Source of the DNA: Octopus sinensis
Taxonomy: Eukaryota
Assembly: GCF_006345805.1 (NCBI RefSeq)
Contig: NC_043005.1
Location: forward strand, 5,518,001-5,582,000
DNA length: 64,000 bases
Direction: 5' to 3'
Of this stretch, positions 25,679-35,089 are shown piece by piece. A program made the position numbers and the translations under genes. The notes under the pieces were generated by a model. That model saw only the letters and a program-made list of their open reading frames with translations. It was not told the DNA's origin and made no database searches. Numbering within the stretch: the stretch's first letter is position 1; each line of letters begins with the position of its first letter.

Positions 25679-27046
25679 ATGCTGAAAAAGTTTAAGTTTA
25701 GACATATAGAGTTAATAGCAACGAAGTTATCGGAAATTATTAACTATGGCCCAATTACAGAGTTTGATTCTTTTATGAAGACTCTAGTTAGCCCGGGAGA
25801 TATTTGTACAACGATTGACTCCAATGGAGAAACCCCTTTACACATCAGTATTCAGAAAAACAAGATGGAGTGTTTGAAAAAGATGCTGGAGCTAGACATC
25901 AGTATTAATGCAAGAAATAACAAAGGCTATACACCGTTGGGTTATGCCTTGCTTTATGGACATATGAAAATAGCAAGTGAGTTTGTCGAAAAAGGAGCAC
26001 AAGTTGATGAAATATGTGTACGAAAGACAGGTAAAACACTACTCCAGAAAATGGTAGCGATAAATAAACCGGAAGCAGTACGGTTCCTTTTAGAAAATGG
26101 AGCTTTGGTTAACAAATGCGATGAATGTGGTATGGCACCACTACATTTGGCAGTGATTACAGGTCATAAAATAATGGTCAGTATTTTGTTGGAATTCGGT
26201 GCGGATATCAACCAAATAAATAACTTTGAACAATCTCCTCTTCACCTTGCCATCCAGATGAACCAGTCTGAAATGAGCAAAATTCTCATAAATAATGGCG
26301 CCAACCTTTTGGCGAAGGATAAAGCCGATAAAACTATACTCAACATGTCTGTTTCTGTTGGGAATATAGAAATCTGCAGGCAAATATTGAAACAAACTTC
26401 TGTAAATCTCGATACCAGAGAAAAACTGTTTGGTCGTAGTCCATTGCACACAGCCTGTGCCATCAAAAGTTACCCTCTGACGAAACTGCTTCTCGACTAC
26501 GGAGCTAACATTAAACTAATTACTAAGAACCGTAAGGCTCCAATCAATATTGCTACGGAAGCCGGCTGCACAGATATAGTGAAAATGTTGAAAGAAAAGT
26601 CAGAAACACTGGAGAAAACATCACTTCGTAAAAGTCCATTGATATTAGCTGTCGACCAAGGTCACTTACAAATAGTTCAGTATATTATTAATTCGAAGGG
26701 TAATAATGTCAACTGCAGAGATGTGAATGGTATCACCCCACTCCATTATGCTTCAAAGAATGGTTTGCTTATGTTTGTGAAAATATTTGTTGAGAACGGA
26801 GCCGATGTCAACGCTAAGGACAAAAGATTGAAAACACCACTTCATGAAGCTTTCTTTTATGGACATGATAGGATAGCGAATTATCTTGTCGAAGCAGGGG
26901 CCGACCTGCATTGCTTGGACGACGTTCAAATGTCGCCATTCGATTATAAAACATTGCAAAAATTGTGGACAAAGAAACATGTGAGTGATATTTCTAACGG
27001 AAACATTTTCATATTTATTCCACAAACAGTTCTGTTTACTAACTAA
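25679..27046 (+). CDS. Ankyrin-repeat protein (about 11-12 repeats, ~455 aa unspliced; probably spliced at 26980)
   Basis: Uninterrupted ORF with repeated G-x-TPLH-x-A motifs (NGETPLH, KGYTPLG, CGMAPLH, EQSPLH, GRSPLH, NGITPLHYA, LKTPLHEA). First in-frame ATG at 25679; donor CAT|GTGAGT at 26980/26981. Confidence 0.93.
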   Translation: MLKKFKFRHIELIATKLSEIINYGPITEFDSFMKTLVSPGDICTTIDSNGETPLHISIQKNKMECLKKMLELDISINARNNKGYTPLGYALLYGHMKIASEFVEKGAQVDEICVRKTGKTLLQKMVAINKPEAVRFLLENGALVNKCDECGMAPLHLAVITGHKIMVSILLEFGADINQINNFEQSPLHLAIQMNQSEMSKILINNGANLLAKDKADKTILNMSVSVGNIEICRQILKQTSVNLDTREKLFGRSPLHTACAIKSYPLTKLLLDYGANIKLITKNRKAPINIATEAGCTDIVKMLKEKSETLEKTSLRKSPLILAVDQGHLQIVQYIINSKGNNVNCRDVNGITPLHYASKNGLLMFVKIFVENGADVNAKDKRLKTPLHEAFFYGHDRIANYLVEAGADLHCLDDVQMSPFDYKTLQKLWTKKHVSDISNGNIFIFIPQTVLFTN

Positions 27047-27097
27047 TCTCACTTGTAGTACTTAATTCGAACATAATTAACTTTTATGCTCCTACAG

Positions 27098-27178
27098 TCG
27101 CTCCTCCAAGTTATGATAGTTTCTCAAAACCTCGTAAAAAGCTTCTCAAATGTTTACTTTCCGAGTTTAGAAAATTAA
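27098..27178 (+). CDS. Candidate terminal exon of the ankyrin gene (SLLQVMIVSQNLVKSFSNVYFPSLEN*)
   Basis: Acceptor ttttatgctcctacag| at 27097 defines a 117-nt intron; phase 0 join. Confidence 0.4.
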   Translation, partial: SLLQVMIVSQNLVKSFSNVYFPSLEN

Positions 27179-28004
27179 GATAGATATATTCCAGCAAACC
27201 TCGCCCTCCACCTATACATACATAGATATATATAATTATTTCAAGGATATAAATACCTCTGAGAGGGACGTCAGCATCCAAGTTCCCCGGTTTTATCCAA
27301 TGTATCAATGAAATACTGAAAGATGTTAGCTTCGCATTGATGGACATGGGTCTCTTATCGGTGACTGGTAATAAAGTCGCAATTAATTATGGGATCCGGA
27401 CAAAACCCATGTGACCTTTTTCTTTTTTTTACCTGGATTCATATTTTCATTTATGTGTAAGAAAAAGAAAACAGAAATTGACATATCGACATCGATTTAC
27501 TAAAACAAATGCAATTTCAAACAATGAGTTTCATAGTGTTTGAAATTGGATTTGTTTTAATTAATTCATGTCTATATGTTAATTTCTCTGTTTTCTTTTG
27601 ATATGATTCAATTTTGACAAATAAGCATTTAAATGTGATTGGATAATTTCGTAACCGGGTTCTTTTTTTCGTAAGTATGCAAACTGAAGCAGTAAATATA
27701 AATATATATCGTACAGTATAATATCTGAGAAAACCTTGAGTCAAAAAAAATTATACCTGCCTAGAATAGATTAATTAGTTGTAAATAAATAATTAATTGA
27801 TAGAGATGTAAGTTTGTTTTATAAATTTTGAACTCATGGATTAAGTAAGTTCCTACATTTTAAGAGATCAATAACGGGTTTTTTTATGTAACGCATACAC
27901 ACACATAGATATAAATATACACGTATAAATAACTATATACACGCAAAATTCATGTGCACATATAGGGATAAACACATGCATATTTACATGGACATATGCA
28001 TATA

Positions 28005-30091
28005 CAGTGGCTTGCAAAAAAGTCTACACCCACTTTGAAAATTTATATATTTTGTATAATTTAACAGGGAACAATACATTTTTTTCAATTCCAATGATTG
28101 TTAAATAATAAGCAGATCCATCACACTTTCCTTTGATATAAAAATTACATTTTAAAAATTTCACACTGATTCTTAAAATCATATAACTTAGAAAAATATC
28201 TTTGCAAAAGTCTACCCCCCCGCCCCCCGATATTAAACTGTGTTATCAGGTGGTTTGTTATTGATGTATACAAACCCAAACAATCAAAAGTGACATGTGC
28301 GTTTTACCATAACAAACAAACTTGGCCAGTCTATTATTTTGCTATATAAGGTGATTTAACTGCCTACAAAATCATTCACCACATGGTTTTTTGGTATGTT
28401 GGTCTTTGGACTCTGACTGTAAACACAAGATGTCCAACTCGGGAAAGAAAATGGGCAAGCCTCTGTCTCAGGAAATTAAAAACCTTATTATTCAAAAGTA
28501 CAATGAAAATAATGGCTATAAAAAAATTGCAAAAACTTTAGAATTGCCCCTAAGCACTGTTAAAACTGTAGTTAAGAAGTGGTTACTCTTTTACTCTTTA
28601 CTCTTTTACTTGTTTCAGTCATTTGACTGCGGCCGTGCTGGAGCACCGCCTTTAATCGAGCAAATCGACCCCGGGACTTATTCTTTGTAAGCCCAGTACT
28701 TATTCTATCGGTCTCTTTTGCCGAACCGCTAAGTGACGGGGACGTAAACACACACCAGCATCGGTTGTCAAGCAATGCTAGGGGGACAAACACAGACACA
28801 CAAACACACACACACATATATATATACATATATACGACAGGCTTCTTTCAGTTTCCGTCTACCAAATCCACTCACAAGGCATTGGTCGGCCCGGGGCTAT
28901 AGCAGAAGACACTTGCCCAAGATACCACGCAGTGGGATTGAACCCAGAACCATGTGGTTGATTAGCAAGCTACTTACCACACAGCCACTCCTGGTTAGTG
29001 CACAAAACCACTGCTATCCTACCAAGATCTGGGAGACTGAGCAAAGTCAAAACTGTTCCGGGAGGCAACCTCCAACTCTAGTGCAACACTGGAAGACTTG
29101 GAAGCTTCAGTTTCCAGTACTGGGACAGGTGTCCATGCATCTACAATTTCCAGAGTATTGCACCGGTCTGGCTTGCAAGGGAGGGTAGCTAGAAAAGAAA
29201 CCCCTCTGAAGCCTATACACAAGCAAGCTAGGCTAAACTTTGCCAAAAGTCACATTAATGATTCCATGACCATGTGGTGAAAGATTTTGTGGTCAGATGA
29301 GACCAAAGTTGAGTTATTTGGAAAAAAATACGAAACGCTATGTTTGACGGAAAAAAGGTACTGCTCACCAACCTCGTTACACCGTCCCACTGTAAAGCAT
29401 GGTGGTGGCTTGATCATGCTTTGGGGCTGTTTTTCAGCTGCAGAGCCTGGAGAGTTGGTAACCATCCAAGGTATCATGGACAGTGTTAAGTACCAAGAAA
29501 TATTGGAGGCAAACCTGCTGAAGTCTGCTAGAGCTCTGCACTTGGGTCGCAATTTCAAGTTTCAACAAGGTAACGGCCCTAAGCATGTGTCAAAAAACAC
29601 TAAAGCTTGGTTTGCTAGCAAGAAAATCACAGTTTTGGAATGGCCCAGCCAGTCTCCAGACCTCAATCCTATACAAAATCTATGGCAAGATCTAAAGCTG
29701 GCTGTGCACCGACGTTCCCCATCCAATCTGACACAGCTTGAGAAGTTCTGCCATGAAGAATGGCGAAAACTGTCAGCAGACCACAGCAGCAAGCTCCTGG
29801 AAGGCTACGCAAGGCGTCTGCAGGCTGTAATTGATGCAGCAGGATCATCCACAGAGTATTAGCTGAAGACATTCCAAAGGGGGTGCAGACTTTTGAAAAG
29901 ACATTTTTCAAAATTATCTTTTTTTAAGAATCAGTTTTAAATATTTCAAATGTATTTTGTGTATTAAATAAAAGTGTGATAGATCTGCTTATTAAAACAA
30001 ATTATTGGAGTTTAAAATGTTAATTGTTCCTATCAAAATAAACAAAATACATCCAGTTTCTAAATGGGGTGTAGACTTTTGCAAGGCACTG
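28005..30091 (+). mobile_element. Tc1-like IR/DR element (Sleeping Beauty-type architecture), transposase inactivated and split by a SINE
   Basis: TA|CAGTGGCTTGCAAAAAGTCTACAC…GTGTAGACTTTTGCAAGGCACTG|TA. ~215-bp TIRs each carry a second AAAAGTCT(A/G)CCCC repeat. WSDETK, FQQGNGPKH (D>G), SPDLNPIQNLW (E>Q). Confidence 0.93.
28586..28991 (-). mobile_element. Young full-length family-A SINE with 6-bp TSD TGGTTA
   Basis: TGGTTA at 28580-28585 and 28992-28997; (AAGAGT)n tail; CpGs retained; removing it restores KKW|LVHKTT. Confidence 0.92.
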
Positions 30092-30190
30092 TATATATAT
30101 ATATATATATATATACCCACACACATGCATACATATATATACACATAGACGTACATACAAATAGGTACATATATATAAATAAATAAATAA

Positions 30191-31655
30191 AGGCCAAGAA
30201 CTACAGACCTATCTCTCTGACCTCACACATCAGCAAGGTCATGGAACGAATAGTCAGAAGGAAACTAATCACCTTCCATGAAGAAAATGACTTGCTGCCT
30301 GACACCCAACATGGTTTCCGACCAGGAAGAAGCTGCTTAACTCAGCTCCTACAACACTATGACTGGGTGCTGAAATGATTGCTCAACCACTCAAATGTGG
30401 AAGTCATATATCTCAACTTTGCAAAGCCTTTGATAAAGTCGATCATGGAATGCTATGTCATAAACTGCGTGACCTTGGCATAGTTGGAAAATTGGGAGAG
30501 TGGCTTCATGACTTTCTGAAGGATAGAAGTCAGGTGGTAGTAGCCAATGGGGCTAACATGCAAATAGTGAGCGGTGTTCCGCAGGGTACTGTTTTGGGAC
30601 CACTACTGTTCATAATGGCCCTCTCAGACATGCCCTCAGCCACGATCACAAGTTATGCAGATGATACAAAAGTTTCACAGGCAATACAGAACCCTGAAGA
30701 CACTAAGCACCTGCAATGTGAGCTGGACAAAATATACAAGTGGGCTGAAAAGAATAGCATGCAGTTCAATACTGAAAAGTTTCAAGCTTTATGCTATCAG
30801 CACACAAAACTAAATGCAATACCCAATAAATACACTGGACCTGGAGGGACTGCAATCCCAGAGGCACAATCAGTGCGAGACCTGGGTATTTACATGAGTG
30901 ATGATGCAACCTTTCATGTGCATGTTGCTAAATTGGCAATGAAATGTAGGCGGCTGACCGGATGGATTCTTAGAACCTTCAGAACGAGAGACCAGGAAAC
31001 CATGATGGTCCTCTGGAGGACACTTGTCCTAAGCTACTTTGACTATTGCTCTCAGCTATGGTCACCATCCAGTGTCAAGTTAATCACAGAACTTGAGGCG
31101 ATCCAACGAAGCTACACGAAGAAGATAGCCTCTGTGCAGTATATAAGCTATTGGGAAAGACTCAAGAGATTAAGACTTTATTCCTTAGAGCGTAGGCGAG
31201 AAAGATATGCCATAATATACATCTGGAAGATCCTAGAAGGACTTGTCCCAAACTTTGGCATTGAGAGTTACACAAATGCCAGAACTGGGCGCCACTGCAT
31301 AGTGCCAAGGACTCCAAATTTGCCATCAAGATGTAGGACAAGATACTGTGATAGCCTGGGCTTCTGAGGCCCACAGCTCTTCAATATCCTCCCGAAGAAC
31401 CTAAGAGACCTACATGGGATGGATGCAGATGTCTTTAAAATGAAACTGGATCTCTTCTTGTCAGGTATCCCAGATGAACCAACTTCACGGCAGGAGGTGC
31501 AGATGAGGGCAGCTGCATCGAACTCTCTCATGCACCAAATGGCATTTGCTAAAAAGCATTCGTGAAGTAAAATCATGTAGCAACACCAAATGGCGGTGCC
31601 CCAGCATGGCCACAGCTTGTGAGCTGAAACTAGATAAATAAAAAAAAAAATAAAA
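30191..31655 (+). mobile_element. 5'-truncated CR1/L2-group LINE (RT domain, 3' UTR, A-rich tail)
   Basis: NYRPISLTSHISKVMER, KAFDKVDHG, SGVPQGTVLGPLLF, YADDTK, VRDLGI, LYSLERRRERY; ends GCTGAAACTAGATAAATAAAAAAA. Confidence 0.93.
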
Positions 31656-31658
31656 TAT

Positions 31659-31910
31659 GTGTAGGCTTGAAATGTTAAGACTTTTTCACTTCTGAAGTGT
31701 TAAACTAATACATCTATTTGTTGTCTACACCGCCTGTGTTCGGCTTCTGTTTTTTTTTGTGTGAATTCTCCCTATCTCTATCTATCTATCTATCTATATA
31801 TAGATATAGATATAGGGAGAATTCACAAAAAAAAAAAACGGAAGCCGAACACAGGCGGTGTAGACATAACACTCAGGAAGTGAAAAAGTCTTAACATTTC
31901 AAGCCTACAC
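31659..31910. repeat. ~250-bp fold-back palindrome centred on (TAGA/TA)n
   Basis: GTGTAGGCTTGAAATGTTAAGACTTTTTCACTTC…TGAATTCTCCCTAT is mirrored exactly apart from a ~20-nt indel and a few substitutions. Confidence 0.9.
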
Positions 31911-32814
31911 TCTTCTACAGAAAGAAACAAGGAAAGAAAAAATATATGTATATGTATGTATATACTAGCAGAAAGACTGCCCTCTGGATGTTTTTCTGCT
32001 AGCCCCTTGATAATATTTTCACGTTTGATTCCCAATTCTAATCATTTTTGTATTTTATGTCTAATTATTTCTTTGTATAACAGAGCTCACTCGCTTAGTA
32101 AATATTCTTTTATTATTCTCTCACAGTCATAATTTTGACATCCAGAAAAAGGGTACTTTTTAACAAAATTGTCTACAAATACCGCTTAGATGTTGTAGCT
32201 TCAGAGTACAATAGGGATTTATGGGAGAGAATACTTCCAAGAGGTGGAGAGAAGAGTTTTGGAAAATTCACATGATCTGACTTTTTTCCCTCTTTAATGA
32301 AAATTTATACAAATCGCTTTCAAATGGCATTGATTATGATTATAAAGAAATTTGTGGGGAAAATTTTTTTCAGGGATTTTCCCTTTTTTTTTTTAACCAC
32401 AGCCTTTGAAATGATGGGGAGGGGTATCTTTGTATGAAATAAGTTTTGTAAACATTTTTTACACCCCCTCCCTCATCATCCCACTCTGGACCTATTTTGG
32501 CCAACTTTTTTTGCACTTCAAAACCATGGGAATTGCTAATATTTTCAGAGGGAAAAGTGAGTGATTTAAGGGCGATTTGGCAGTTGTTTCTAGCATATCC
32601 AAAGATAACTCTCCTTGTTTCTTTATCACTCTCACATGTATTGATGGTTTTCAATATCCGCCCCTCCCCTACATTTATATGCTATAAAAAAGAAAATTTG
32701 AGAAATTATGAATTTTTGGCAACCCCATTCCCTGCCCCTAATTGTTTCTGCTCAGAAATTAAAATATTGAAGAGCCTGAGAAGGTCATTACTGGCATTTA
32801 TCCACAGTGATTTA

Positions 32815-33261
32815 AAAAAATTACAGATATGTACTTGCATAGTAAGTGACTTGATTTGAGATCATTTGCTGAAACAAAAGCAGTTGCATCATAGATTTTT
32901 GTAAGCCATTCAAGAACATGCAGAAACCGTTTCACTGCACTACTTAAATATAGAGGTCCCGATGCATCTAAGTAATGATATGAAGGAGAGGGTTAGTTTT
33001 TAGGGTTAAGGTAAGGGCTGGTTTTAGGGTTAGGGTGTCATTACACTTCCACACAGCGTATATTAAAATGTTTTGTACGTAACACCTGTATTTAATTAAT
33101 TCCTCTGTATTTTACTAGCACTGTTAAGGGACCTTTGTATTCAAGTAGTACCAGTTTCACTTCAATATTAAAATTTCATTTGTGTCAAAATATTTTCAGC
33201 GCTTTGAAACCGCAACCTGTTCACTGACGAGACTTCGCAACATGAAGTTGTCAGTGAACAG
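32815..33261. mobile_element. Palindromic MITE: left arm plus central hairpin 33217-33261; second partial copy at 39340-39500
   Basis: 39425-39498 is the reverse complement of ~32818-32890; 39340-39425 is colinear with 32890-33195 once the nested insert is removed. Confidence 0.65.
32936..33153. mobile_element. ~220-bp MITE with ~23-bp TIRs and internal TTAGGG-like repeats, nested in the MITE above
   Basis: CACTACTTAAATATAGAGGTCCC / GGGACCTTTGTATTCAAGTAGTA; GTTTCAC(T) duplicated at 32929 and 33154. Confidence 0.8.
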
Positions 33262-33279
33262 CAAACAGCCACACATGCA

Positions 33280-33439
33280 CACACATTCATTGCCTTTCAT
33301 TTGTGTGTATGTGTATCTATGTGTGTGCGCGAGTGTGTCACTGTTGAAGTCGCTCGTTCTACTTGTTTGTGTAAATATTGGTTTAGCGGTAAAGTGTGTT
33401 TGGAACTGTGAATAAGGTGTATGTTTCGAGTACTTGTCG
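33280..33439 (+). promoter_or_regulatory. CpG-richer candidate first (5' UTR) exon / promoter of a plus-strand transcript
   Basis: Clustered CpGs (GCGCGAG, GTCGCTCG, TTCGAG) ending in donor-like TGTCG|GTAACT. Confidence 0.3.
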
Positions 33440-34139
33440 GTAACTTTTTTCTCTCTTTGTCTTCTAATAGTAATTTTGCAACTTTCTAGGCTCTTCTCAC
33501 TGCTATCCCACATTCAAAAATTATACTGATATTTTAAAAATTTTCGTTCAATAAATGATAAATTACATATACATTAAAAGAATAAATTGTCAGTTTTCCA
33601 AATAGTGAATGAAAATTTAAAAGAGAAAGTTAAAGACTTTGCAAATGAGAATGGAATATTCCAGTGAATGCAATGAATATTTAAATTTGCGAGAAATTTG
33701 AGTTAAAAAAATTCAAGAAACTTGAGAAATCAAAATTATATGCAATTTCTTAGAGCATGGATTTATAAAAATATTTCCAGACAGTCAACCCTTTAATAAT
33801 TACTTTCTTTTAGTACTTTTAGTAATTGTTACATACCTAATTGATAAGCAGCTTTCTCCATTATCACATTCAAAGCCAGTGAACAGCAATTGACGAAACC
33901 AGTATGACTTTGAATCCCTTTAACAATTCAAAATAATGACTTTTATTCCTCTTAATTCTACCTCAGTTCATCTAATTGTATATATTTATCGCTACTTTTC
34001 ATAAAAAAAGCCTTTATTTTTTCATATCCAATGTGCATTTTTGCTTTTTTCTTCTTACTTTCCCCATATACCGACCACATGTAGTTAATTTTTCTCTTTG
34101 AAACCTATTTCTATTATACACACACACACACACACACAT

Positions 34140-35057
34140 ACAGTGGTGATCACAGCTAACTAAAAAGTTAACTAACCTACATTGCACAACCTGAGAATTG
34201 GCAGAAAACCTCAACCTATCAAAATCAGTCATTCATGAGCACCTGGTAAAGCTTGGGTACACAAATCGCTATGATGTTTGGGTACCACATGAGTTGAGTG
34301 AGAAGAACCTATATACGGAATGAAAACACACCTTTTTTAAAGCAAATTGTGACAGGTGATAAGAAATGGATTATCTACCGAAATGTTCAGAGAAAGCAAT
34401 ACTGGAGTAAGCGACATGAGCCACCCTTAGCCACCCCAAAAGCGGGTCTTCACCCTAAAAAGTCTTGCTTTGTGTCTGGTGGGATTGGAAAGGAATTCTG
34501 TACTATGAGCTTCTCCCAAGTAACCAGACAATTAATTCTGAGAAATACTGCACACAACTGGACAAGTTAAAAGCAGCAATTCAAGAGAAACGTCCAGAAT
34601 TGGCCAACAGGAAGGGTATTGTTTTCCAACATGATTATGCAAGACCGCACGTTTCTTTGGGAACCAGACAAAAATTGCTGCAGCTCAGCTGGGATGTGTT
34701 ACCCCACCCTCCATATTCACCAGATATTGTTCCTTCGGATTTCCACTTATTCAGGTCTCTGCAGAATAGTCTTAATGGTAAAAATTTCAATTCCTTGGAT
34801 GACGTAAAAAGATACGTTGATGAATTCTTTGCCATGAAACCCCCTCAATTCTGGGAAGCAGGTATTTTCAAGTTAAAGGAAAGATGGAGATGCATTGTGC
34901 AACGAAATGGTTGTAAGATTTGGTATACTAGATATAATTATCTCTGCTAACAGGATGTTCACATGTTCCTATTTGGTTGATTAAAGATGTAATGGCAAGT
35001 ATTTATTGACCTTTTTCTTTCCTTTAAAAATCGGTATGAACTTTCCGGACAACCCAG
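34140..35057 (+). mobile_element. mariner (DD34D) relic, 5'-truncated
   Basis: WVPHEL, IVTGDKKW, FQHD-x34-D (HPPYSPDIVPSD); right TIR ATGAACTTTCCGGACAACCCAG followed by TA. Confidence 0.9.
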
Positions 35058-35089
35058 TATAATACAATTTCTCCTTCTTCCCAGTATTG

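Noticed and set aside
32988-33036. Telomere or fusion relic
   Set aside because: Short, degenerate and enclosed by MITE TIRs.
33217-33261. Strong hairpin as terminator or pre-miRNA
   Set aside because: Better explained as the centre of a palindromic MITE.
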